A stretch of 63,438 nucleotides of DNA, the filler included. It is 10 parts of 10 records of this genome, joined end to end, with 100 filler letters (N's around TTAATTAATTAA, not from the genome) between each part and the next. Parts side by side here need not be neighbours in the genome. Positions count along the whole stretch, not along the records: positions 5,035 to 17,925 come from SRR9670534_231; positions 18,026 to 23,345 come from SRR9670534_234; positions 23,446 to 34,056 come from SRR9670534_249; 7 more parts are not named here. One strand, given 5' to 3'. A model generated the notes under the pieces. That model was not told the DNA's origin and did no database searches. It saw nothing but the letters and a program-made list of their open reading frames with translations. A program made the position numbers and the translations under genes. Shown one piece after another: positions 13,501 through 30,700 of this stretch. Positions within the stretch are counted from its first letter, which is position 1; the number at the start of each line of letters is the position of its first letter.

Positions 13501-13839
13501 ATTTAATTTTTATTTCTGATAAATTAATAACAGGAATATCATTCTTGCTGTTGGTAGTAAAAGTGACAATATTTGGGCTGTCATCTACTAGAGTCACCAA
13601 GGATACTGGCAGATAATCTGGCTTTTCCATTGTCACACCATTGTTACTATCATTGGCAGTTACTAAAAAGCAGTTACATTGTATTTCTTACTATAGTAAT
13701 ATACAATATTAATAATATAAATAAGTCATATCAAAGTTAACAAATTGCTGATAACAAGTTTACCCGATTGAGTTGCCACATTTTCCGGCAATAATGAAGT
13801 ACAAGTTATTATTATTATTAAAAATGGAACATAATACAT
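10525..13839 (-). CDS. Secreted protein with five chitin-binding peritrophin-A (CBM14) domains
   Basis: Six-Cys domains such as CPKHTKGYFPDPYDCSVYHFC...CTPGLHYNPITERCVW in exons at about 12905-12684, 12513-12292, 11756-11544, 11421-11194 and 10757-10525, joined by phase-1 introns; putative signal-peptide exon 13839-13764 (MYYVPFLIIIITCTSLL); 5' structure uncertain. Confidence 0.8.
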
Positions 13840-14268
13840 GAAATTATAAATAAAAATGGCTACCGCAATGACCATAACAGGCATGATATAAGCAGTACAA
13901 ATGGTATAATCAACAGGAAAACTTTCAGAAATGTTTATATTGGTAGATATTATTGCTACTGCTCTACTAATACTAATGTACTTGTGTCCACTGCAGTGCC
14001 CATCACACCAACTTCTAAAGCAAATGTCAGCTAGCTTTGCCATAACTTTCTCAGCGGTAATAAAGCTAAATAATCAGGACAACTGTAATTGAAACTCTAG
14101 CAAACATTAAGAAAAATTACCTTCAAACCATTATAAAGTTTATAAATATATTGTTGATAATAGTAGTATTGTATAATAACATTTTTACGCATACTATTTT
14201 TCCGAACTTCGGAACCTTATATGTAATCCATGAATCATTAATAATAATAAATACTGATGAGTCACTTT

Positions 14269-14282
14269 GTTTTTATAGCAAC
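14269..14282. promoter_or_regulatory. X-box-like element upstream of CCDC13
   Basis: GTTTTTATAGCAAC about 70 nt upstream of the ATG of a centriolar-satellite/cilia gene; left half-site imperfect. Confidence 0.5.
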
Positions 14283-14350
14283 GTAAGGAAATTCAAGATG
14301 GGGTCGTCCATATTTTAATTATTTACTAGCCTATACATAGCAACACAACG

Positions 14351-17300
14351 ATGATCTCGAATATAGAGGATAAAACTAAGCAGAAGTATTTAATGCGAAA
14401 ACAGCAATCATCCAAAACTTCTGAAGAAAAGACAGATTTTGGTGTATCTGACGAACTTAACCTTACTGTTCCAGAGAGTACTGATGAACATGACAGCACC
14501 ATAGATCCCGAAATCGAACTGATGACAGATCAGATAAGAGAACTTCGAGATGAAAACGCCAGAGTTTATAAATTGTTAAGTGAAAAAGATTTTGAAATCC
14601 GATTGATGAAAAAGAATATGGAAGACATGAAACTATTAGAAGATGAGGGTGTTCTTTCAAAAGGACAAGATGCTACTACAACCAAAATAGTTGAACTATC
14701 TAAAAGAATAAGAACAATAAAAGGTGAACTTTATACAGAGCAAGACAAGAGAAAACAAATGGAGAAGAAGTGCCAAGACTTACAAAATGAGCGAAGTAAG
14801 GTTTCCGATTCCAATAAACAGAAATCTAGGTCAAAACATGAAGATAACGCTGTGGAGGTATTCTAAATATTTAATGTTGTCAAAAAGTTATTATTAATAT
14901 TGTAATATCATTAAAATTAAACAAGTATTGAATGAATGTTGCAACATGTATCATAATATTTGATAATTAATTAATTTTATATATATTATTTGATATTATT
15001 AATAATATTATTAATATTATATACTTCAAATATTAAAAATTTACTCTATTCTATTATGAATAACTATATATAACTTATTAATAATTATAATTATAGTATA
15101 CTATAATAATAATAACTATATATAATTATTAATAATAACAATATATAATTATATATAATTTCTTAATAATAATTACTCAATATTCTATTATTATAAATAA
15201 TAAGTTATTTATATAATAAGGGCGTGATTTTTTAAAAGGACCTTGATGGAAAACTAAAGCAATCTGACGAAAAATTAAAAGATGCAAACTTAAAGGCTGC
15301 TGAATATCGAAATCAAATGACATCGCTGAAGCATGAGCTACAAATGACACAAAAAGCACTTCAAAAAGAGGTCGGTGAGAATTATTCCTTACGTGAAATT
15401 TTAAGTGGAGATTCTGGATGGAAAGGAAGGCACGAACAGCTCCTACAGTTACAAACAAAACTGAATACTCTTTCAGTGCAAGGTCAGAGCAAAAATGAGT
15501 CTGAATCCAGTATGTCTCGTAGAAGTGGAGGAATAGATGTCGATGAAAATGAGGAAGATGAAATGGAGGCAAAAATATTTGGAAAATCAATTGCTCAAGT
15601 TGGTCGTCAAATGAAGCCATCTGAAAAGAATAAGGAAATTATTAAAAGACTAGATAAGGAGAAAAAAGAAGCTCAAGAGGTACCGTATTACAAATTATTG
15701 CCATATTATAAATTATTATAATACATATATGAAATTATTATCATACCATATTATATTATAATAAATTATTATATATAATAACAACAAATCCTAAGTAAGG
15801 TAATAATTATTATTAATAATTGTACCTTACAGTGGCAAAAGTTATTAATAACAGATATTATCAATAGTAACATTTAGTCGTATATCAACATACTTTCTTA
15901 CTATTTTATTATCATTGCTATTAATAATAGGCAGCAGCTAAACAGTTAAAGAACTTGGAAGAGGAGTTTAATTCCACAAGAATGAAATATGATTCAGCTA
16001 AAACCAGAAACAAAAGTATGCAAAATGAAATTAAAGTTTTAAAGGATAATATTGCAACATTGATTGCTAAGGGAAAACATGATGATGAACTCATTGAAAC
16101 AATGATGGTAATTTAATTGACCATGTTAAAAACTCTCAATGTTTTATTATTAATGAGCTGAAATGTAATTACCTAATATATTTGGATTATACATAATCCT
16201 ATAATATATTATTAAAAAAACTAAGATAAATTGTTAATAATCAGTAACGTATTATGATATATAAGTATAGTATAATTAAATTATATTAGTTATAACATAT
16301 TACAATATTAAATTTACTATATCATTATTACTGAATGTCTATGGAGCTTCTTATGTCCATGGATGGAGTTAATAAGTGCGACATCTTTTTGTTGTTGGTA
16401 AATGTATAATTATGATGTTATCTAAGTTTGTATCAATAGAAGCAACATGAACAAATGAAACGCATGATAGAAAAAAGCGGAGCTAAGACTCAAGTGCCCA
16501 GTGATGAAAAACTACTCAGTGATAACCAAAAAGACAAAGCAACCATTAAAACACTTCAAACAATATTGTCCCAAAAGGAAACACGAATTCGCTCACTAGA
16601 AAATGAAATTAAAAAGGTGACTATATTTATTAATAGTATTATTATTAATTAAGCATGGATTTTAAAAAACAAAATATTGATATGATTTATGAATTCATGT
16701 AATAAATCATTTTAGCAATTTGGTGATGAGTATCTCAAGACAAGGTTAAGGTAAGGAAACTATACTTTAGTTTTACTATGAAAGCTATATTGGTTTAGCT
16801 AAATTCTCAAATAAGCAATACCCAATAGGGTGTACCATTTTTAGTGAACAAGTCCATGTGGCAACAAATACTGAGGAACATACTCATTCACCTGCGAATA
16901 ATAATGAAAAGCACATCAATGTTCAATCAAAACAAAATAGTTTGCAAATAGATGTTGTTCAGTTTCAAACTATGTACCAAACAGTTAAAACTGAGAAGGA
17001 AAAGCTGTTTGAATTAGTCAGCCTATTAGAGAAAAGGCTAGATGAAGCTAATACACAAGAAATAACACTTCAGCAACAATTAGGAGAACTAAAAAGAAAT
17101 AATGTACAACTTGAAAAGGAACGTGAAAAACTCAAATTAATGTTAGGAAGAAAAGGCTCAGAAGGTAACCATTACCTATACATTATTTAAGTAACTTATA
17201 TAATTTATATAAATTACATACTATAATAGCTATGTATTATATAACAATTAGTAATAATTTACTATATACTAAATGTATCATATTTGAATACTTTTCTAAT

Positions 17301-17677
17301 AAATAGTTTTGACTAATTTCAGTCATCTCACGTGGTGAAATGTCCACTCATTCTCAGTTTTCAAAAATGTCTAAAGAAGAATTAATAACCAAGTAAATAG
17401 TATTACTTGAATACTAACAACGAAATACAATAGTAATAATGAAATACAATAGTACAGATAGTTGCCTAGCAATGGTTATTGCTAAAACTTGCATTTTTTC
17501 TATAATTTTAGTTTTGAAATACTACTTGATGAAAATAAGACCATAAAGAACTCTTTAACTCTAACATTGAAAGCAAAAGAAGATGATATTCAAGCACTAA
17601 TGAAGTTATTTAATCAATCAAAAGAAAGTTTTGCTAATGCTATCATCTCATTAAAGAAAAGTTATATTAACAAATAA
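14351..17677 (+). CDS. CCDC13: Coiled-coil domain-containing protein 13
   Basis: Motifs LRDENARVYKLLSEKDFEI, TKIVELSKRIR, KALQKEVGE, GWKGRHEQLLQLQTK and KGKHDDELIE across about 9 exons. Confidence 0.85.
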
Positions 17678-18487
17678 TAGTACATTTTTGTTATTTGATG
17701 TCTGATTTTCAGATATCAAAGAATCCTTAAAATAAAGGTCAATGTGAAAATCTATATAGGATGATTCTAGATTAGAGTATATTCAAATCTATATAGGATG
17801 GTTCTAGATTAGAACTTTCAGTATTTTTTTTTTCATTAAAATCATACATATATTATACCTAAGCAAAAGTTGATAAAATGTTTATTATAAATGCTTTATT
17901 AAAAGATAAAAGTTTCAACATACTTNNNNNNNNNNNNNNNNNNNNNNNNNNNNNNNNNNNNNNNNNNNNTTAATTAATTAANNNNNNNNNNNNNNNNNNN
18001 NNNNNNNNNNNNNNNNNNNNNNNNNATATATATATATATATATATTTATATTGTATACTATATATATATATATATATTAATAAGTATATGATATAGTATA
18101 CAATATAGTATATACATACATAAAGTGGTTTTTTGTGTAAATAAATTAGTGATTATATCATAGTTATTCAATAGGTAAGTTACTTCAGTATACTGAAATT
18201 TATATTTTACTTATTAAACTAAACATCAAACATACTTTACAAAAGATGTAATTTTAATTACACAATTGTATATAAACTGTATAGATATATGTTATAAAAA
18301 TCAAGTAGTAAGATCAAGAAGCTGCATTTCCAAGTGAAGGTAAGAAGACTACCTATAAGTAATTGTAAAACAACCAATGGTTTTTTTAATGTAATATTCA
18401 GTAGTAGTACATAGGTCAATACTTTTGTATATAGGTTAATATTATTGTAATAAATAACCAATGATAAAACTATATGGAGATCCAGCC

Positions 18488-20023
18488 CTACTCAGCTGCA
18501 GAAGTAGTTCTTGGGGGTATTGGCAGACCCAGCATCAATTTTATAAAATCTAAATTGAAACAAATAAAACATACAATAATAAAAGAACTATATATTATTA
18601 GTGTGCCTTTATAATAATAACAGTACCTTCATAATTCACAGTTCCATTTCCTAAAATTTAAGATATTATATAGCTATACCCAGGCATAACAAATTTAGGT
18701 GAAATATTTACTATCTTGAAATATTTATAAATAAGGTATGATGTTAATAAATAATTTTGAAATGCAATAAAAATTGTATATTAACATGTTGAATTGATTT
18801 ATGTTATATAATAATATGTTATTTATTAATAACAATTATTATATATTATTAATAAAGACATATTAATAGTGATTTACTAAATATTATTCAATAATATGAT
18901 AAGATATGACTATTAATACTTATTCACTAAATATTATTCAATAATAAAATATGATATTAAATAATTTTTATATATAATAAACATTGTATGTGATTAATAT
19001 GTTAATTTTACAAATATAATATTGATTTATGTTATATATTAATATTTAAATATTAATGTTTATTTAATAAATATCATATATGTATATTAATATCCATTAT
19101 ATTATATAATATTATAACTTATATATAGGTATGATATTGCAAAAAATATTCAAAAAATATTATCTCTATTATTAATAAAGATATATCTCTAATTATAATT
19201 AAGGTATATTTCTATATAAAAATAATAACATAAAATTTGTCTCATATATCAATACCCTGATTATCAGCTGTTCTAACCATCTCTTCCATTTCTTCATCAG
19301 AAGGTCTTTCTCCCAAGGTTGTCATTAAATATTTTAATTCTTCTATTGAAATATATCCATTGGCTTCTCTGTCAAAGAGACCAAAGGCTTCCTTCAATAA
19401 TTCCTCCTCATTTTCAGAAGTTCCTTCTACACCAAGTTCTCTTCTTTTTTGTACACACTTTACAAAATCATCAAATTCAACAGGATCATTGTCTACAACA
19501 AAATAGAATATTTAATTAATTTAATAATAACTTTTTATATATAAAAAATTTGATATAGCATGTGCTTAATTTTTTAATTTAGTTAAATACATATTTTTAC
19601 ATTATTAATAATAAATATTTATGCTTATAAATAAACTTTTTATATAAAATCAAAATTATTGATTAGAAATTATAATTAATAATAAAAGTAATTATTACCA
19701 TTCAAAAACAATTCTTTCTTCATTTCTTCAACTTCATGTTGTGTAGGATTTTCTCCAATCATTCTTAAAACAGTCCCTAGGTCCTTTCCAAGAATAGTGC
19801 CATCTCTTTCTCGATCAAAGACAGTGAAACAATTTTTTAATTCTACAAAATAAATCAAGTTTAAAATGCAAATATTTCTACAAATAAACAAATTACCTGT
19901 TATATCAACAAGACTTTCATTATTATTATTTTCTGTTGATTGATCCTGTTAAAAAATACCAATATTATTTATAAAATATTAATATTACCATTATTTTCAA
20001 TATATAAATTTTCTTACCATCAT
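18488..20023 (-). CDS. Calmodulin-like / EF-hand light-chain protein
   Basis: Six exons (20023-20018, 19945-19897, about 19842-19699, 19492-19256, 18651-18628, 18549-18488) encode ELKNCFTVFDRERDGTI...LGTVLRMIGENPT...LKEAFGLFDREANGYISIEELKYLMTTLGERPSDEEMEEM...ADNQGNGTVNYEDFIKLM. Confidence 0.85.
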
Positions 20024-20142
20024 TTCCAAATATTGAAACTTTTTCAATGACTATTGTTATTTTTGTGGGCAATGCAGGTGATTTGCATCTGATTAAGATA
20101 ATGCATGTTGGCTTTAGGCACCTGTAAAGATACAAACATCAT

Positions 20143-20156
20143 GCTGTCATGGAAAC
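20143..20156 (-). promoter_or_regulatory. X-box-like element upstream of the calmodulin-like gene
   Basis: GTTTCCATGACAGC on the minus strand, 120 nt upstream of the ATG. Confidence 0.55.
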
Positions 20157-22309
20157 CTAATAATAGAACAATAGGCGATAAATCACAACACTTGACGGAA
20201 AAGCACCTACTATTGTTGTGATGTTATCAAGGCCTTTGTATATTTGCACACATTATTATTATTAATAATATATATATGAAATATGTAAGGCCGCCAGATA
20301 GATGCTGAAAAGCTGATGATAAGTAATACAATACATATTGTTCAATGGCTAGCTGCTAATACATATTACCTGTATAAGATATAATTTATGGCTAAAATAT
20401 GTTAGGATATCGTAAAATTTTGTATAATTAATTTTATATTGTGGCGCATATACTTCAACAACATTAAATTAAATTTTATAAACATAATTAGCTAAAATGT
20501 CATGTATGTATAATCATTGATGCTAAACATATATGTTCATTTATGATAAAGGTATATACTATTAATATGGTTATTATTATAGTTGTAATTTTTAAAAGAT
20601 ATATATTATTATAATTAGTAATAAGTATTTTTAAAATTCAAAAAAGTTTTAAACTCTATTTATCTTAAATTTAGTTATGACTTATTAAGTAAATTTATTT
20701 AAGTTTATTTTAAAATAATTTATTTTAATAGGTTTACTTTAAATCTATTTTTATCATAAAAATACGGTGTATAATAACTCATGATAGTTTTAGTAATATT
20801 TAGCTGTCTAGTGTTATTAGTATTATCAGAAGGTACATTATTACGTAATACTATTACGTAATACTCATAGTATGCAAATTTATAAGATAATTGCTGCTTT
20901 CTTTATTAAGTACTTTGAGACTCTCAATTTGAGAATATTAAATCATTATTTATGCTACATTATGCAATGCATTACATTATTATGCAGTAATACCATTATT
21001 ATAGTAATAATACATACAATAGTATTATAATACTATGCATACCAATACATATTAGTATATATTACATGTTAGTATAGTATTAGTATTCTACATTATACTA
21101 TACTGTATATAGTATACATACTAACTTAGTATTGGATACATATTAGTATACTATAGTACACAGTATAGTACATATTAGTATAATACAGTACAGAATATAT
21201 GGTATTCTATGTACTACATACCATGTGTACTAATATTACTAATATGTACTGGTATGCTTAGCAGTAGATATCAGTACATATTAGTATTATATAGTATACC
21301 ATAGTACAATGTACTGTACTAATGTATTAGTACATACTATGTGTACTAATATGTACTGATATGCATAGCAATAGATATCAGTACATATTAGTACATACTA
21401 TATCATATTCGTATAGTAATACATTTTAATATATGGTAGATGAATGAAAACGTAAATACATACTACATATTATGTCAATTATACTATTGTATTATTTTTA
21501 CTATAGTACATTAGTAGAAATAGTACAGTAGTGTAATTGACAAACCATTGTACTATTTTTACTATAGCATTTACATTGCAATATTACTATGCTATTTATA
21601 GTACATACTATGATGGTACTCCTATCCCAGAAAATATACCATTTAACATAACTTATGTAAACTAAATAGTATTATTCTATTGATATTTTAGCATCATATT
21701 ATTGTACCACTATTATTATGGTACTCCTATCCCAGAACTAGAAGTCTTATCCTTCGGACAAAACTTCACACAACTTCGTAAAATAAATTATAATTTATAA
21801 TATTACAGTATTATAGCATTAGACTCTATTATAATACCTTTATCAACAAATTATTCCATTATAACACTTCTTTCTAAACAAGGTCAACAATGATAAGGAA
21901 CTTTTAATCCCATGGGAAATTCCCATTGGGAATCCCATGGGAATCCCGTGGGAATGCCATGATGGGATAGGTGGGATAAATATTGCAATAGATAAACCTG
22001 CATTATCTTTATATGTTATTAAATTTAGGTTGAACTCTGGTTGAAAAACAACTTTATCTTGCATTCTAACATTCAGTGTCTAAAAATAAATAATATTAGT
22101 ATCTTAATAATAAGCATAGATAGGCAATAATATATAATAAGAAGACAGATTTGCTCCAAATCATATATTGATCAAATTGACCTTTCATTATTAGCTATTA
22201 TATTAATAATAATAACATTTTTTAATAATAAAAGAAAATATTACGAAAGAACAATTTTGACTTTTCTTCCCTAAGAAACCCATCAATTTTCAAAAATTTT
22301 AAATCCAAA

Positions 22310-22808
22310 ATGAAGTTTTGGCTCCTCAACATTTCCCAAAGTTCTCTTTTATCAACCATACTCCTTTTGGCAATATTTGGTAGTTACATCGAATTTTCAA
22401 ATGGAACACCTTTTCGGATTAGAGCTCTTGATGAAGATAGAGGTACAATAACAATTTATAATAACATATATAAGTTCAATAGTTTCTCTTTCAAATTGTT
22501 TTCAAATATTTAAATTTTATTTTAGCAATTGAAAATATAAAAAATGATCTAGAAGAATTTAGGCAACATTCAAAATCTTCTGAATCTCCTGACCAGGTAA
22601 TAATTATTGATAACTTTAATTAATAATAATAATCATAATAATAAACTATTTGTAGCCAGAAAAGGAACATTCCAACTCAAGAATATATGACTTCCTAAGT
22701 GGAGAAGTACACTCTGTGTATGAAACCTTGAAGAATTTTGAAGAAAGTTCCATGGAAAAGCTGAAAAATTCAATATCCTTTCTAAAGTCTCTCTATAAAG
22801 ATAACTAG
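22310..22808 (+). CDS. Orphan small secreted protein (118 aa, 3 exons)
   Basis: Exons 22310-22442, 22526-22596 and 22656-22808 join in frame through GT-AG introns; N-terminal hydrophobic signal peptide (SLLSTILLLAIFGSY). Confidence 0.7.
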
Positions 22809-22900
22809 GTCAAACAGCCAAACATTCCTAACCCTCCTGATATTTTCTGGAGACTCAGCCTGCATTTATTCTTCTGAGCAACCATGTGCATTTAATGGGC

Positions 22901-23039
22901 TATTCTGCACCAGTCTCGGAAACGTAATTCGTGAACACTTTCGCCTTTTTTCTACAATCTGACTTTTTCTATCTAAGCAACAACACATTCAAAGAATTAT
23001 TCTGCACGAGTTTCGGAAACGGAATTCGTGAACACTTTC
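22901..23039 (+). repeat. Two-copy 42-nt direct repeat downstream of the secreted-protein gene
   Basis: TATTCTGCAC(C/G)AGT(C/T)TCGGAAACG(T/G)AATTCGTGAACACTTTC at 22901 and 22998. Confidence 0.85.
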
Positions 23040-23519
23040 ACGTTATTTCCACACACTGAACCCTATGCAATAAAAACACTCCAACTACGCTTATCATATC
23101 ATTTATGATTTTCATTTTTTTCACAGTCCGATTTCTGCATATGCAATTTTTTGTCATTTTCTTCTCAACTTATTAATTATTATTAAATTATTGCTACTAT
23201 TATTAAAAACTCACTCTATTTATTGGTGCCTGGCAATAAAAGGTTGAAAAAGACTTGTTGTTTACTACTTTTCTATTGATAAGAATTATAATATGTTCAA
23301 CATATGATATGATAAAATAATAATTTTATTATTATTATTAATAATNNNNNNNNNNNNNNNNNNNNNNNNNNNNNNNNNNNNNNNNNNNNTTAATTAATTA
23401 ANNNNNNNNNNNNNNNNNNNNNNNNNNNNNNNNNNNNNNNNNNNNTAATAATAATAATAATAAGGGCTATTCCTAGCCTGACTATTTTCATTACAATGTA
23501 ATCAAGTATAAGTGCTAAC

Positions 23520-27065
<3,546 letters not shown>

Positions 27066-27736
27066 TCACACAATCCACAATAATTTCCACTATAATTACT
27101 ATTTATTATTACAAATATGGTTTTAGTAATATTACGGCACACATGTTACAGTGATGATGCAGTCAGAGCAAACACTATCTGATGGCTAACGACTAACGTA
27201 CATTATTATTAATAATATTGTACATATATAGATAGGTAGATGACTGACTACTGCCTGGTTGGCTGGTTGCTTTGATGGTTGGTTGGGCTAATATTGAATA
27301 CACAGCTCACTTCAAATTGATCTGCCTATGGCTAATATAAATAGGTGGGTAACATCAACATGGTTTTCACGATACCAGGTAAACACCATAATTACGCAGC
27401 ACCACAGGAATCTCGCATATCACAGCCAATAAATCAGGATTTTAGGAGCTGCTATTGCCACCGAAAAACAAGTCGGTAAGCAACCTGGTTAATTATGCTC
27501 TTGCTTAGTATTATAACATTTGTGAAAGAAGGTAACCAGCCATTAACTATACTTATTAGCAAGATGAAAGGTGTGTTTATTTCACTATAGCTTATTACAA
27601 TAAGTGCATTAGTACCTGGTAACCAAGGTATATGGAATATAGGTATGTAGAAATGTCATAAATTAGAACGCTGTACCATTTAATACATTTGACTTTTTAT
27701 TTATTAGAACGCATACTCATAAATGGGCATTATTTA

Positions 27737-30700
27737 TCAACTTTTACCACTAATAAGCCAAGTCAAAAAGAGCAAACAACGATCAACGATTAATGAACCA
27801 ACTAAATCTACAACTAGTACTGTAACAAATAAGTAAGACAAAGTGGATGGCAGGGCTACAAGTTCTAATGATGATGCAATATCAGGCATGAGCCCTGTTG
27901 TCATAGAAATAATAAAAACGATTGAAATAACAATAGAAATCAACATTTGCTTATGTTCCAATAAGGGAATCATAAACGGTTTGCCCTTATAATTAACAGT
28001 AAAGGTGAACACTTCCATTGCGGTGGCAAACAAATAAACCACAGTGTTAATTAAGCTGGGCTTAAATTTGGCATCAAGTATGTCAACTTCCTCTCCACCA
28101 TCCATTGTTCCATTTTGGGTCCCATTGTTGTTAATAAGATCATTGTCAACTTCTTGAGAGGAATTGTTTGGAAAAAGTTCATTTTGTATTACCGTTGTTT
28201 TCTGAACCAAAAATATTAAGCAAGCTATGTGAACGGCAAATTGGCCCAGAACAGTCAATGGATAGTAAAAATTGAAGATGTTTGGAAGTGGTTTAGCCTG
28301 TGATAATTGCGGTAAGGGTTTAGACCAACTTATAAATAGGAAACACCCCGCTAATAAGAGACCTTGTATTGTTGCCTGTGAATCTGAATACTTTAAACCA
28401 TCCAAATAAAGGACTGATTGTGAATATGCCAAAATCAAGGAATTTATTGCCAAAATCTTGAACATTTGTAAAGTGTTAACCAATGTGCACCTACCTTGCT
28501 TAATAATATTACACACTGCCTTTATCGAACTACCCTTGGAGGTAAATGGAGCGGCAATGCTAGCATCACCAAGTCGCACCACAGTTAGTTCCTCTTCCTC
28601 CATTTCCTTCATCAATTCTTGGATTTTGGCATTCATTTGATTATTGCCAGGTCTACCTTGATTTAAAACCGCATTTCTACGAGCCTGTTTAATTTCGTTA
28701 AGTTTTTCATCTCTTTTGGCCACCTTTTCTGCGATTTCTGCAGAGAGTAGAGCAACACCCACATTAGCATGCTTTAACGCCCCCACATCATTAGTACCAT
28801 CTCCAACCATTAAGGTCACGTGGCCTATGAACTTGAATGCATTCACAACTAGTTCCTTTTGCTTTGGAGTAACTCTAGCAAAAACCTTCACACATGGCAA
28901 AATGGCCAAAAAGTGGTTCCAATAATTTTTAGCCAAAAAAGACAATGCGTGTCCTGTTAAACACAAGTTATAGTCCCCGAGCACTTCTCTAATTTGCTTT
29001 GGAGATTTGGAGTCGCCCTGGAAAGGTATGATTGATTTGTTTTGGTGAGGATGATCAATGACTCCAATATTCTCCCAGCACCATAAACCGTCATCATCAT
29101 CCTGTAACAATAAAATGCCAGGGTTCTTTTTCTCCCGCTTCCGTCCAATAAAGCCTAACTCTTTAGCTACATGACACGCTGTAAGGGCGTTGTCACCAGT
29201 AATCATCACAACCGCATGACTAGAGTGGATTATTTCTCTAACGTTAGCCTTAGAATCAACCTTCAGTGGGCAGGAAATAACAAGAAAACCCGCAAAAACA
29301 AGCTCACTTTCTGCTTCCTCCCTGTTCATTACTCTTGCCTCGTTGTGCCCAATGGCACCTAAATTTTTTATGCCCATAGATAAAACTCTTGCTCCTTGTC
29401 TAGAAAAATGCAGGTATGTCTGATCATAATTATCTGGAACTACAACAAATTTAGATTTTAAAACCTCAGGAGCACCCTTTGCTGTTACCAAAAAAGTGGA
29501 ATCAGAAGTTCCCGGAGTATTATAAGTACAAATTGTTGACATGCGTTTAACTGTAGAATTAAAATGAAACCTTTTGATAATTTTCATACCAGGAATCTTA
29601 CCCTTACTTGGAACAACAGCATCATTTTTAGTTACGTTCCATTCAACCGCAGAAATGATAGCCTTTTCCAACGGATCACCAATTAAAATATTTCCACCAC
29701 CTCCCTCTTGATTCAACTGGGCCAAACTATGACAAGAAGCCATTGTTCTTATGGTATTCAAAGGTAGGTCTGACATTGAAACAAGGGAATAAGGTTCTCC
29801 TTCAGAACTAGTAGACTGTGGAAAAGCAACACCCTCAACTTTCAGAGTGTCAAGTGTTAACGTTCCAGTTTTGTCAAAACAGCAAGTTGATAATTTCCCC
29901 GCAAAGGGAATACGGAAAGGTTCTGTGCAAAATATTCCGATTTTAGTCAAGGCTATAAGACTGTTATTCACTGCCAAGGACAGCTCTATTGGTAATTCTG
30001 GGGGAACAACAGATGTGATGATCAAGATACATTCCAGTAAGAGCTTGTATTTGTTTCTGTTGGGATTCTCACCACCTTTGATCCAAACATATGCTGATGC
30101 AGAGAGAGCAAATACAAGCAAGAAGAGAATAACACACCCTGCTTCCAAATTGTTTTCAGTAACCCTTTTGACACCATACAGTATGGTTCTTAACAATTTT
30201 CCCTGCGATGTACGAAAATGAGTTCTCAAAGCATAACCAGTGACACCTCCATCTTTTGCCTTTGGAAATTGCCAGCTTTTATCACTTGAACTTGTCGGTG
30301 AGGTATTAATTTGAACCACTTTGGTGCCACCAAATAAAACATGAAATTTATGATCATTGTCAACATCTAAAACCGCATCTTCAGTTGTGTCAACTTCTGA
30401 TATGGATTCTTTCATTTGCGGAATTGACTCTCCGGTAAGTAGACTTTCATCAACTATGCATTGCCCTTTCAGCAACAAAATATCACATGGAACAAGTCTT
30501 GAATCGTCCACAGCCCTAGTTATTGAAACGATATCTCCTGGTACAATATCTTCAGTTGATAATAACTTCCACTTTTTATTTCTCAAAATGTTAATTTTAT
30601 ACGCTTTGTTTCCCATCTTTTTAATCTCTTGCAAATTCCTAATTTGAGACTTGACCAAGACCACTTCAAAGGTAACCAACATAAACAAGGTGAACATACT

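Noticed and set aside
13599-13606. GTATCCTT as a U12-type donor explaining the missing CBM14 acceptor
   Set aside because: It would be phase 0, and no in-frame AG/AC acceptor or TCCTTAAC branch site is visible near 12900
17748-17813. Two-copy duplication AAATCTATATAGGATG(A/G)TTCTAGATTAGA
   Set aside because: Ordinary short local duplication in a 3' region
27150-27185. C/D-box-like GTGATGA...CTGA
   Set aside because: Only about 32 nt apart with no terminal stem; too short for a snoRNA
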